Shown piece after piece: positions 50,702 to 59,849 of a stretch of DNA of 64,000 bases. The stretch lies in the sequence record PQ805429.1, one strand, 5' to 3'. The DNA comes from Escherichia phage EK5. Numbering within the stretch: the first letter of the stretch is position 1; each line of letters opens with the position of its first letter. The position numbers were made by a program, and so were the translations under genes. Under the pieces are notes generated by a model. It had not been told where the DNA came from and made no database searches. It saw nothing but the letters and a program-made list of their open reading frames with translations.

Positions 50702-50953
50702 ATGGCTATCAAAGAAATTAAGTTATCTAATGGCTTTTCTTGTTTTGTTGGTGGAAGCTCTATCCTGTTTAATACACTTGATGGTCAGATAATCTTGCCT
50801 GTTATCACTTTTTGCAGGATGGAATATCAGCCTCTTAAAGATTGGCTAGCCTTTGCTGATTTCGAAATTACCCGCGATGATTTCAGATCAATCTATATTG
50901 ACGGTGATTTGTCGCTGGCTAACCTGCTTAATCATGGTCTGATTGGGGGATGA
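50702..50953 (+). CDS. hypothetical protein
   Basis: 83 aa, RBS GGGAG. Confidence 0.4.
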   Translation: MAIKEIKLSNGFSCFVGGSSILFNTLDGQIILPVITFCRMEYQPLKDWLAFADFEITRDDFRSIYIDGDLSLANLLNHGLIGG

Positions 50954-51159
50954 TACCAATGGGAAATGAAACTATCGCGCTAATTGATACGCATAATTAC
51001 GGTGGCGTTACGTTATCCTTTGATGAATCAGCCGACGTTGGCTATTTGTCTTTTCTTTCCAAAGGTGAGATACAAAATATACGCTTTCCTATTGTCTGTT
51101 TAGTGCAAGATTATATAACCGTTGGGAAGTATTTAGCCCAACGCGGGATTCTCCTGTAG
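50950..51159 (+). CDS. hypothetical protein
   Basis: 69 aa, ATGA overlap. Confidence 0.4.
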   Translation: MIPMGNETIALIDTHNYGGVTLSFDESADVGYLSFLSKGEIQNIRFPIVCLVQDYITVGKYLAQRGILL

Positions 51160-51315
51160 CTGGAAGAAGTGGAACAGATTAGCGTAGCATTTTTTGGTGA
51201 GGATAGCAACCAATGATTCATGATTATTTTTGGCGTTGCTTGTTCGTTGTTACAGTGGCGTTATTCGTCGCTGATATGCTTTATTCTTACATTCTCTAAC
51301 TAAAGGTTTATTATC

Positions 51316-51681
51316 ATGGGTGTTATCAAGTTTGTAGTGAAAGTATTTGTAGGCTTCTTTCTGGTTGTTCTCCTGTTAGGTGTCCTGCTGTCATCTATGG
51401 GTAGCGTTAAGGCTGCAACATTTTCCCCTGATACGGTTGACGGTTTACAGTGCACCTATTTGATAGAAAACTATGAAACTGGTAAAAAGTCACCTAAAGT
51501 TATTATTTTACATGTGAATGATTTCGAACATGTACAATCATACGATAAAACTATTCAACTGGTAAATGAAACTACCGGTAAACAAATTACGGTGGATCAC
51601 TTGATGCGCTCATCGTTGACGCTCTTTGATGAGTCCATGAATGAAATGGCATCCGGTAACGGTCAATGTGTAAATCCATAG
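51316..51681 (+). CDS. exported protein (signal peptide)
   Basis: 121 aa; N-terminal FVGFFLVVLLLGVLLSSMGSVKA. Confidence 0.45.
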   Translation: MGVIKFVVKVFVGFFLVVLLLGVLLSSMGSVKAATFSPDTVDGLQCTYLIENYETGKKSPKVIILHVNDFEHVQSYDKTIQLVNETTGKQITVDHLMRSSLTLFDESMNEMASGNGQCVNP

Positions 51682-51757
51682 GCTTAATCTTTCTCCTGTA
51701 TTGTGCCGTAGTCATGCCTATGGTCATAATTTATCTGATTCTCTAATCCTTCCTGTA

Positions 51758-51784
51758 AGCCTCCTAGTGAGGCTTTTCTCTTTT
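51758..51784 (+). terminator. rho-independent terminator
   Basis: AGCCTC-CTAGT-GAGGCT followed by TTTCTCTTTT. Confidence 0.65.
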
Positions 51785-52589
51785 ATGAGGTGATTGTATG
51801 CCTTACTCCCTTTTAGCTCGTTGTGATGCGTTTTAGGCCGCTAAATATCGCTTTACAAGCCGTTTTCTATGATGTATCGCGTGCGCCTGCTCTTTTACCT
51901 TCCTATAGTGAAAAAGTTTAAAATAATTTGCTTTACCCTATTGCAACCTCATCTGATTAGCGTATACTTCATTTCATCGGGTACGATGTAAAACATACAA
52001 GGCAAGAAATTGCCCCGCTCTTTAAAAATATGATTTGTCTTACGGGTGGCGGCGACGTCATTACTATAAGGCGCTCAGTTAATCGGTAGAATTGATTCCT
52101 GATTCATACGTGACGCAGGCGGACAATAAGCAATATCAATAAGCCTTATTTGTTCGATACTTTCAAAAGATTAATGCTTGAAAGCGCACTAGATTCCCTG
52201 AAAGACAAATCAGACTTATCATCTTGCCCTTTCGCATAGATTCACGCGAGATAAGGGAAAGGAATTAAAAGAAGATGATAAAAAGAGTTGCAAACGTGGT
52301 TAAAGTAGTCCATACTAACCACAAGTTAGCAAAACATCGCTAACTAGTTCCCAAATCAACGTATCGCGGGAAAGGTGGCACATAGTGCAGCGATTAGTTC
52401 AGGTGTAGGCGGCCTGTTAATGAATCAGTAAGCCTTCAATGTGACAGTGATTAGCAGACACTTTAAAAGGCTAAACGCTCTTTAACAATATGAGTCATAA
52501 GTTAAGCCTCACCGCTTAATCTTCAATCAAATAAAGCTGATTGATATATCCTCCCAATAGCGGGAACGACGAAAAAGATTAAAAAGCGG

Positions 52590-52618
52590 TTGACAGCGAA
52601 AACAACATGATTCATAAT
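52590..52618 (+). promoter_or_regulatory. near-consensus sigma70 promoter inside ORF-free region
   Basis: TTGACA-17 nt-CATAAT. Confidence 0.5.
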
Positions 52619-53541
52619 GAGCACTCACTAAGCAAATCATCGCTTCAGTGAAAAGCGTAACAACGGCTAACAGTTGCATAGTGTGAGAAAGCACACTGAT
52701 AGATTTACCGCTCTTTAATAATTTAAACATTCTCCTATATCGGTTGAATATGCTTGATGATAATAACCATCGGAAAGCATACCAGATAAAACGGCGTAAA
52801 ACTCCCTAAATTATCAGGGTAAACAGTTTTACATTCCCTTACTGGAAACGTCACCATTGATAAACGGATTCATTGAGTACACGCAAAGACTTGAGCTAAT
52901 CGCCCACGGTTAAGGGTAGCGGCGGTCATTGCTAACACGGTGCTACAGTGAAAGAAGTTAATCAGGGTAGGCAATCCCGACGAATTAACGCTCAATTGAG
53001 AGCGGCGGGGAGTGGTTAAAAAGTGGCAAATTGCTATTTAACAATAAGGTTTAGTGTGAACGTTTACAATGTGAACGGCTTGAGATTCATCTTATGATGA
53101 AAGTACATAGTCGGTTTATGTAGTAAACTTGCCGAAAGATATAAAACGTCGGAACATTAGACGGTCAATGACTCTTTCGCAATAGTATCCCGTAGTGGGC
53201 GATGACTAGCGATTGAGAGTTGATATAAAAGGATAGGCGAGAGCGAAAGCAAAGTAAACGATATTGCCGACGGTTACAATAACGTAACTAATTAGAGTCG
53301 GACGCACTGCCTTATTGTGATGATTGATCATCGCTATCAGGTCGGCTTCGTTTATAGCGACTAATTAAAGATACCAGATGAAACATCACGGATAAGGGGG
53401 CGGCAAGGTTAACTCCTGATAAGACCGCCCCGCTTACCTATAACTACTTAACAACGAGTGGTTATAGTTAAGTTAATAGTGACTTAAACAAGCTCATAGA
53501 GAGCGGGGCAATAGCGCCCTTACAATTGAAAGGTGAATATT

Positions 53542-54441
53542 ATGGCTAAAATCTTTACTCTGGTTAACGAATCCGGTTTTAATGCTCTGGCTAACAACAT
53601 TCGCAGTAATAACGCGGCGATCAAACAAGATGTTTCTAACTTCCTGTTAGGTCATTTGCAGCACTTTCGTAGCAACGGTAAGAAGTTAGATGTATTGCAG
53701 GCGGCGGTTGACTTCCTGTTAACCGAACGTTTCCGCGATATGGATGTTATTGCCACCGCGATTACTTTCTTAACTCCTATCAAGTTTAACACCGATGCGG
53801 CAAATGGTCGTAAAAAGTGGATTAATCTGGAAGGTGAGGCGAAAGCTAAAGAAGATGCGAAAGAAGCGCAAATTAAGGCCAAAATGGAACAAAACCGCGC
53901 TCGCTGGTCAAACGCTTTCGAAAACTTTGCATTAGGTCGTGCAATTGAAGTGGATAATCCTAACTTCTACAAAGGTTGCAATGACAACGTGGCGGCACAC
54001 CTGCAAATTCCGGCGAAAAACAAGGAAGATTTTAATCAGGATATTTACGCTTTGGTTGAACGCTTGAATGCAATCCGTATTGAAGCCAAATTACTGGCTG
54101 ATGAGCGCAACGGCGCAACCAGCGATAACACTATCGCCCTGAGTGAAGAAGTTGGGAAGGTTAAAAAGTCCTTTGATTCACTCATCAAGAAAATCACGGC
54201 CTCGACGGTAGCGATCTCGGATGATTATCTGATGAACGCATCAAGCAAGGAATTAGAATCACTCGATTCATACGCTGATGAAATGGAAAAGACTGTTGCA
54301 GCTATGCAGGAGAAGTTAGAAAGTCTGCGCGGTCGTATCTCTTCAACGGTTGCTACCCGTAGCGAACAAGCGGCGAAAGCAGAAGAGGAAGAAGTATTGC
54401 GTAAAGCGGCTGAAATTATGGCGGCACGTCAAGCGGCATAA
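53542..54441 (+). CDS. hypothetical protein (coiled-coil C-terminus)
   Basis: Start moved to ATG 53542 after AAAGGTG. Confidence 0.5.
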   Translation: MAKIFTLVNESGFNALANNIRSNNAAIKQDVSNFLLGHLQHFRSNGKKLDVLQAAVDFLLTERFRDMDVIATAITFLTPIKFNTDAANGRKKWINLEGEAKAKEDAKEAQIKAKMEQNRARWSNAFENFALGRAIEVDNPNFYKGCNDNVAAHLQIPAKNKEDFNQDIYALVERLNAIRIEAKLLADERNGATSDNTIALSEEVGKVKKSFDSLIKKITASTVAISDDYLMNASSKELESLDSYADEMEKTVAAMQEKLESLRGRISSTVATRSEQAAKAEEEEVLRKAAEIMAARQAA

Positions 54442-54464
54442 GTAAGACAATTTAAATAAACATA

Positions 54465-54499
54465 AGGCGCTATCTTAACGGGTAGCGCCTTTTCTTTTA
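54465..54499 (+). terminator. rho-independent terminator
   Basis: AGGCGCTA-loop-TAGCGCCT followed by TTTCTTTTAT. Confidence 0.65.
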
Positions 54500-54552
54500 T
54501 CAGTGCATTGATTCAGTGCATTAATCAAAGAATCTAATTAAAGGTGACGATC

Positions 54553-54771
54553 ATGTTAATTACACATACCACGATCTATAGGAATCTTGTCAACGGTCAA
54601 CATTACCGACTATCTAAAAAGTATGGCGTTGAATGTAAATGTGTTATTACCGGTGAATGGTATCCGTCGCCAATGAAGATTGAAACGTTGGAACGTGAAG
54701 CGATCAGCTATATTATCACGCAAGAAACAACGTTAGGTCGTATCTTAAGAAAGTTGGGATTGAGAAAATGA
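54553..54771 (+). CDS. hypothetical protein
   Basis: Start moved to ATG 54553. Confidence 0.4.
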   Translation: MLITHTTIYRNLVNGQHYRLSKKYGVECKCVITGEWYPSPMKIETLEREAISYIITQETTLGRILRKLGLRK

Positions 54772-54992
54772 TATTCAGTAGCAATTTTGGCAAGTGTCCT
54801 ATTTGTGAGAAACATCGCAGCACGGGAAACCATCGCAAATGTAGTAAGATATTACAGCGCCAACGTGATAACAAACATTGGGATACTGTACACACTAACC
54901 AGCGTAAAGAAGAAGTTAGGAAAATGGCTGTTAAAGCGTCATTTGCTCAATCCACCCGTATTGAACACATTCAAAGGTATCAAGCATTATGA
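54768..54992 (+). CDS. small basic Cys/His protein
   Basis: 74 aa; CPICEKHRSTGNHRKC. Confidence 0.4.
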   Translation: MIFSSNFGKCPICEKHRSTGNHRKCSKILQRQRDNKHWDTVHTNQRKEEVRKMAVKASFAQSTRIEHIQRYQAL

Positions 54993-55198
54993 TCACTAAC
55001 ATTTCAGAATTTAAGAAAGCACCTTCCCGCTTGTTAGGCCGTCGTGTTGTATATCTTTACAGCAATAAAGGTAAATGTACAACTGGACGAATTACAACGG
55101 TGAGTAGTGCTAACAAGAAACTGTTAAAGTTATGCGTAGCTATGGATGACGGTACAATCCTGCTACGCAGTTGGAAATCGTTTAGTTTACTAGATTAA
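54989..55198 (+). CDS. hypothetical protein
   Basis: 69 aa, ATGA overlap. Confidence 0.4.
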   Translation: MITNISEFKKAPSRLLGRRVVYLYSNKGKCTTGRITTVSSANKKLLKLCVAMDDGTILLRSWKSFSLLD

Positions 55199-55267
55199 GT
55201 TATTTGTTCAAGCCTATCGCCTTGATGGGCTTGCCCGATATAACTTATCACTGAAAGGAATAAGATT

Positions 55268-55711
55268 GTGGCTAAATCTAAAATCAGCATGAAGGGCGGG
55301 CGTTGTTTTGCTATCTCTGAACTAGAGAAAGAGAAACCGAAGGCAACTAATCACGTTAGTAAGCGTAGTTTAAAACGTCGTGCTGCAAAGGCTGAGGCTG
55401 AATCCCATGTTCCTTCCAGTGTGGCAAAGCGTGTAGGCCATCGTGTCCATCGGGCTGATGCGTTGTTGTTGGCTGATCATAAACGTTCTTTGTTAAAGAG
55501 CGGGGGAGCTAAAACAGAAGAGGAGAAGAAGTTAGAAATCTTCTGTAATGGTCGCACCCGTGGTAAACAGAAGTTTAAAGGTAGCACGAAAGACCCGCAG
55601 GCTTTCCCTAAGACAAGCCAGTGTGCACCTGATGTTTTCTACGCAGATAGTAAACACAAGTGGGGCGTTGAAAAATACATTGACCCCATCAAAGAGGCAA
55701 GGGTTAAGTAG
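55268..55711 (+). CDS. basic hypothetical protein
   Basis: 147 aa, GTG start after AAGGAA. Confidence 0.4.
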   Translation: MAKSKISMKGGRCFAISELEKEKPKATNHVSKRSLKRRAAKAEAESHVPSSVAKRVGHRVHRADALLLADHKRSLLKSGGAKTEEEKKLEIFCNGRTRGKQKFKGSTKDPQAFPKTSQCAPDVFYADSKHKWGVEKYIDPIKEARVK

Positions 55712-55791
55712 TAGGAATATAGCCCCCTCTTTTAGTACTATGACGCTCTTTCTGTAGCGTCGTGCCCTCTCCCCATTTGAAGCTTCCGCAT

Positions 55792-55814
55792 AGCCGCCTT
55801 TGAGCGGCTTTTTG
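55792..55814 (+). terminator. rho-independent terminator (first of tandem pair)
   Basis: AGCCGC-CTTTGA-GCGGCT followed by TTTTTG. Confidence 0.55.
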
Positions 55815-55875
55815 CGTTGCTGTAAGTGCATTTGCGAGTGTATTTATAGCAACGGTCATGTGTTGCTTTCAGGTT

Positions 55876-55901
55876 TGCCCCGGCTACGGCTGGGGCTTTT
55901 T
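55876..55901 (+). terminator. rho-independent terminator (second of tandem pair)
   Basis: GCCCCGGC-TACG-GCTGGGGC followed by TTTTTT. Confidence 0.65.
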
Positions 55902-55928
55902 TATGTCTACTGTATAGGAATCTATGAA

Positions 55929-56609
55929 ATGAAAGCAATTGTATTATCCTCAATCCTAGCTCTGTCCATAATGGCATCGCCTGTTTTTGCTAAAAGTGGA
56001 AACAATGGCAATGGCAATGGAGGTTGTGGTGTAGGTCAATCTACCAATGGTTGCGGTATCGGAGATTGGTTTAAAGGTGAAAAAGGTGATCAGGGAGAGA
56101 AAGGCGACACTGGCGCTAATGGCATTGATGGTAAAGATGGCATTGATGGAGAACAAGGCGCTCAAGGTGAAAAAGGTGATTCTGGTGCAGATGGTAAGAA
56201 AGGCGAAACTGGCCTAACTGGTGCAGCAGGTTTGAATGGCGTTGACGGATTAAATGGCAAAAACGGTAAAGATGCAGATATGTCTGCCGTTAATGCTAAC
56301 GCCAAATCCATCAAAGCTCTGGAACAATCCACCAATAAACGTTTTGCTTCTTTGCAAAAACAAGTAGACCGTAACCGTGATCATGCCTCTGCTGGTATTT
56401 CTGGCGTGGCTGCAATGGCTAACATCCCGCAAGTAAGTCAAGGATCTGCTTTCTCTGTTGGTGCTGGGGTAGGTGCTTACGATGGTGAATCTGCTCTTGC
56501 TATTGGTGTTAGTGCTCGTTTCAATGAAAACTTAGTAACTAAAGCATCAGTGGCAATGACTTCAGAGAGTGACGCTGTTCTGGGCGCTGGTGTAAGTTAC
56601 GAGTGGTAA
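55929..56609 (+). CDS. collagen-repeat protein with YadA-type C-terminal anchor (trimeric autotransporter-like)
   Basis: Start moved to ATG 55929; signal peptide MKAIVLSSILALSIMASPVFA; ~22 uninterrupted G-X-Y triplets; coiled-coil neck; C-terminus ...ALAIGVSARFNENLVTKASVAMTSESDAVLGAGVSYEW matches the YadA anchor ending. Confidence 0.7.
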   Translation: MKAIVLSSILALSIMASPVFAKSGNNGNGNGGCGVGQSTNGCGIGDWFKGEKGDQGEKGDTGANGIDGKDGIDGEQGAQGEKGDSGADGKKGETGLTGAAGLNGVDGLNGKNGKDADMSAVNANAKSIKALEQSTNKRFASLQKQVDRNRDHASAGISGVAAMANIPQVSQGSAFSVGAGVGAYDGESALAIGVSARFNENLVTKASVAMTSESDAVLGAGVSYEW

Positions 56610-56616
56610 GATAGTG

Positions 56617-56645
56617 CCTCTCCCGAAAGGGAGGGGTGTTTCTAT
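56617..56645 (+). terminator. rho-independent terminator
   Basis: CCTCTCCC-GAAA-GGGAGGGG followed by TGTTTCT. Confidence 0.6.
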
Positions 56646-56719
56646 AAGCATCTTTTCGAGGGTGTTTATTGAAACAACAAAACAGGAGGTAGCAAGTTCT
56701 GATAACAACGGCACAGCTA

Positions 56720-57109
56720 ATGTTGACATTGACTATTTATTATGAGGCAGGGAATCAGCCAACCGCATGTAAGGCTTTAGTTGCGGATACCGTGATAAAT
56801 AGAATGGCCCAACGAAAACTGACCGCTGAACAGGTGATAAGACAGAAGAACCAGTTTGAGTGGATTCCGGTACTATTAAAACAGGAGAAACCTTATAAAC
56901 GTTATGTAAAGCTGATTCGTGATAAAAATCCGATGACTAAGCAAGCCATTGGAGAAAGCGAGCGACTTGCTAAACGTGCCCTTAAGAAGAATTATGTTCC
57001 GCTGTACAGTGGGACTTACTTTCAGAGTAAGAGCGAAGGGGTGCCAAAATGGTATGCCAATCCTATGTATTGTGGTGATTTAGTGTTCGATAATAGCTCT
57101 AGGGAATAA
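56720..57109 (+). CDS. cell-wall hydrolase, SleB/CwlJ-like (Hydrolase_2)
   Basis: IYYEAGNQPTACKALVADTVINRMAQ resembles the Hydrolase_2 N-terminal motif GEA..E...G..AVA.VI.NR. Confidence 0.55.
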   Translation: MLTLTIYYEAGNQPTACKALVADTVINRMAQRKLTAEQVIRQKNQFEWIPVLLKQEKPYKRYVKLIRDKNPMTKQAIGESERLAKRALKKNYVPLYSGTYFQSKSEGVPKWYANPMYCGDLVFDNSSRE

Positions 57110-57308
57110 TCACTAGTGCCAGATTTGACAAACTAAATTCCTTTATAAACCAACCACTTAGTAAATTTATCGAAAAAGATGGTAGTATTCTGGGACTATG
57201 GGTAATGCTCTGTATATAGACCCTTTGAAAATTTCTTAGAAAATAAGTTTACTAAATATAACTTACTTAAATAATATTACTTTTAATCTCTGATAAAGGG
57301 TAAATAAT

Positions 57309-57605
57309 ATGACTTTAGAAGTATATAAATTCCTTTTTGTAAGCTGTTTAACTATCAGCGTTCTAGGATTTATTGTTCTCAGAAACAAAGCAGCAAGCTG
57401 GGAAAGAATGTATAAATCCCTAGTTCGAGTGGATGAGATGTATAACGAGAAGGTTAAAGTAACACTCAACGATCTTATTATGCAAGTTGAAGACAGAAAC
57501 AAACGTCTTCAGAACCTCAATCATGAAGTGTTGCGACTTGCTCGTGCTAATGAAGACTTACGAGTGGCTATTGCTAAGCAGCAGGAGATTAACAGTGAAA
57601 GTTAA
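57309..57605 (+). CDS. membrane-anchored coiled-coil protein (possible holin or spanin-like lysis accessory)
   Basis: 98 aa; TM helix FLFVSCLTISVLGFIVL then charged helical region; next to hydrolase gene. Confidence 0.35.
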   Translation: MTLEVYKFLFVSCLTISVLGFIVLRNKAASWERMYKSLVRVDEMYNEKVKVTLNDLIMQVEDRNKRLQNLNHEVLRLARANEDLRVAIAKQQEINSES

Positions 57606-57831
57606 TATTAAATCTGATTATACAATGCTTCGATTAAATAACATGAAGCCGGGCGTTCTGTTTGAGCGTAAAGAATCCCTTTACATTAGAACCGACACAT
57701 TGTACGCAGACAATTATGTCAACTGTGTTGATGTGGTAACTGGAAAGCTCATGCCTTTTAAACGGGATGAAGTCTGCCAAGTACGTAGTGATCTCCACAT
57801 AACTAACATAGGGGCTAAGGATGAAGATTAA
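57595..57831 (+). CDS. small protein, paralog family member
   Basis: GTG start after AGGAG; shares family pattern with 57821, 58079, 60721, 62146, 62394, 62642. Confidence 0.4.
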   Translation: MKVNIKSDYTMLRLNNMKPGVLFERKESLYIRTDTLYADNYVNCVDVVTGKLMPFKRDEVCQVRSDLHITNIGAKDED

Positions 57832-58078
57832 TCTTGAAGTAAATGAACCGTCTTTGTGTGTTGGTGATCTCAAACTTGGAGATGTATTCCAAATCAGGGA
57901 AACACGAGCAGATTTCTACATGGTTGTTCAGCTATTTACCTCACAGATTGAAGAGACCAAGCCTTCTGATGGTGGTTGTGTCGTCCTTAGTCTAACAAAT
58001 AAGCAAGTCCTTAAGCTCAGCTCGAAAAGCAAGGTTGTTCTTCTTCATGATGTTGTTATTACTAACAAGGGTAAGTGA
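57821..58078 (+). CDS. small protein, paralog family member
   Basis: 85 aa; MKI..., L..GDVF motif. Confidence 0.45.
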   Translation: MKINLEVNEPSLCVGDLKLGDVFQIRETRADFYMVVQLFTSQIEETKPSDGGCVVLSLTNKQVLKLSSKSKVVLLHDVVITNKGK

Positions 58079-58297
58079 ATGGAAATTAAAGTAGTTGATT
58101 ATCCTAAATATGCAAATGCAGAAGACGTTAAAAGTGGTGATGTTTTCTCTTACGATAGACGTTTCTGGCTGATGTTAGAAGATAAAACTCCTGATGGTTT
58201 GTGTAAGGCCGCCGATCTGAACAGTGGTTCTGTTGAAGTCTTCGGTTTATCAACCACTGTTATGCCCCGTCCTGATCTGTGTTTATCCCAAAAGTAA
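58079..58297 (+). CDS. small protein, paralog family member
   Basis: 72 aa; V.SGDVF motif, LNSGSVE. Confidence 0.45.
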   Translation: MEIKVVDYPKYANAEDVKSGDVFSYDRRFWLMLEDKTPDGLCKAADLNSGSVEVFGLSTTVMPRPDLCLSQK

Positions 58298-58305
58298 CAT
58301 CGACT

Positions 58306-58408
58306 TATAGCCCTTGTGTTTATCAGAGGGCTATGTGAGGGTGTTCCTCATTAACTTATTAATTCAGGCATATGCCACACCGCTAGGGAGAGCTTGCTCG
58401 AACATCCG
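58306..58408 (+). repeat. conserved intergenic element, copy A
   Basis: Hairpin TATAGCCCT...AGGGCTATGTGAG plus GCTAGGGAGAG...CTCGAACATCCG; second copy at 63584-63693. Confidence 0.5.
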
Positions 58409-58785
58409 GTGTTAGACTAAAACCTGTCAATTTTCGAAAGACTTTCTGATATGTAGGGGTACATATTGGTTTGGGATTCAGGAGACTTCCTAGGGGTAGG
58501 GAGTCTTCACCAGTTGGAATAAGAGATAGCTCTAGAACCTGAACTCTTAGGCAGAGAGGGTCGGCAATGAGTACGCGGTCAGAATTAGTCTACTGACTAG
58601 AGCTATCCCTTATATTAACTGGCAATAATGCCTCCACTAACAAAGAGAGATAGGTATGAAAGTATCAACCAAACGTATGAACCGCCCTGAACGTATGGAT
58701 GTAGTAGCTAATGGTGCTCTGAAACTGGAAGGCTTTTGGATTCATGCAATGTCAGCCATCCGTAACAAACAAGGCAATTGGACCT

Positions 58786-58995
58786 ATGCCGGTTAAGACA
58801 ACCCATGTGATAGGTATGCGAGAGATCATTCGCATTGCCTTGATGGAACACACAGAACGCAACATTCAACTAACGCAAATCTCTAAGTGTCTTAATTGCT
58901 CAAGAGATGTGGCTAAGGAGTTGATGTTTGCATTCCTGTATAATGCAGAAGACGAAATGCTACAGAATCATCTGATTCGTTGTGTTAGTCAATAA
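58786..58995 (+). CDS. hypothetical protein (possible HTH)
   Basis: Start moved to ATG 58786; terminator follows. Confidence 0.4.
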   Translation: MPVKTTHVIGMREIIRIALMEHTERNIQLTQISKCLNCSRDVAKELMFAFLYNAEDEMLQNHLIRCVSQ

Positions 58996-58999
58996 AGAG

Positions 59000-59029
59000 A
59001 GGCTGCCTTCGGGCGGCCTTTGTTGTTTT
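59000..59029 (+). terminator. rho-independent terminator
   Basis: AGGCTGCC-TTCG-GGCGGCCT followed by TTGTTGTTTT. Confidence 0.7.
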
Positions 59030-59073
59030 AATTAAGGGTCAGCTCTTACTTAAACTAACAAGAGGAAGCTAAA

Positions 59074-59250
59074 ATGTCTAAGCAAACAATCAAACATACG
59101 CAAGCTGGTTACTCTTATGTCAACTCCCCTTGCTGTGGTGCTCGTGTCAATCTGGTTAAGGAAGAGGTTCGTATCGTTCAGCGTGGCGCTACTGTTGTTC
59201 GCTCATGCTGTGTCTGTGGTAATGACATTTTTATCAAAGGTAAAGTATGA
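59074..59250 (+). CDS. small zinc-ribbon-like protein
   Basis: 58 aa; SPCCG...SCCVCG. Confidence 0.35.
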   Translation: MSKQTIKHTQAGYSYVNSPCCGARVNLVKEEVRIVQRGATVVRSCCVCGNDIFIKGKV

Positions 59251-59498
59251 AAAACTTTCAAGCTGCACCGATAACTAAAGTGATCGAAGTTGATGATGTG
59301 ATGATGACTGTTCCTCTGAACACTCGTTACATTGCAATTGACAGGATGGGTTATGTATGGGCTTGGAAGATTAAGCCTAGCTATAACGCACTGTTCGACG
59401 AGTTTGTTTGTACTGGTATTTACAGTCCTACATTCTTGGGTTTATTTGGAGAGTTCGAAGGTCAGTATAAAATCATCACTCTCCCTGCTTGTGCTTGA
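59247..59498 (+). CDS. hypothetical protein
   Basis: 83 aa, ATGA overlap. Confidence 0.4.
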   Translation: MKNFQAAPITKVIEVDDVMMTVPLNTRYIAIDRMGYVWAWKIKPSYNALFDEFVCTGIYSPTFLGLFGEFEGQYKIITLPACA

Positions 59499-59505
59499 GG
59501 TTAAT

Positions 59506-59667
59506 ATGTTCAAGTGGCTAAAGCGTGTCTTTCATTGTCATGATTGGAAGATTATTAATACTCGCCCTCTGGTCTATACAGATTCGGATGGGAACAATGA
59601 CAAGGGCACACGTTACGTTATTCAGTGTAAGGTGTGTGGTGATGTTAGTCATCGTGATGTAATCTAA
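59506..59667 (+). CDS. small Cys/His protein, paralog 1 of 3
   Basis: 53 aa; MFKWLKRVFHCHDW...CKVCG. Confidence 0.4.
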   Translation: MFKWLKRVFHCHDWKIINTRPLVYTDSDGNNDKGTRYVIQCKVCGDVSHRDVI

Positions 59668-59676
59668 GGAATCATT

Positions 59677-59841
59677 ATGATCAAATGGTTCAAACGCTTC
59701 TTTCATTTCCATGAGTGGGAAGATCTTCATACTTATGAACTGACGATCACAAATAAACTTACTGACAGAGAGCGACAAGGGTTGCGTATCTACTCTCGCT
59801 GTAAAGTGTGTGGTCTGCACAAGAAAACAGATCTGATCTAA
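59677..59841 (+). CDS. small Cys/His protein, paralog 2 of 3
   Basis: 54 aa; MIKWFKRFFHFHEW...CKVCG. Confidence 0.4.
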   Translation: MIKWFKRFFHFHEWEDLHTYELTITNKLTDRERQGLRIYSRCKVCGLHKKTDLI

Positions 59842-59849
59842 GGGGTGTT

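Noticed and set aside
52527-52730. 67-aa minus-strand ORF inside the ORF-free region
   Set aside because: Overlaps the sigma70-like promoter on the other strand, no RBS, wrong strand for the surrounding block.
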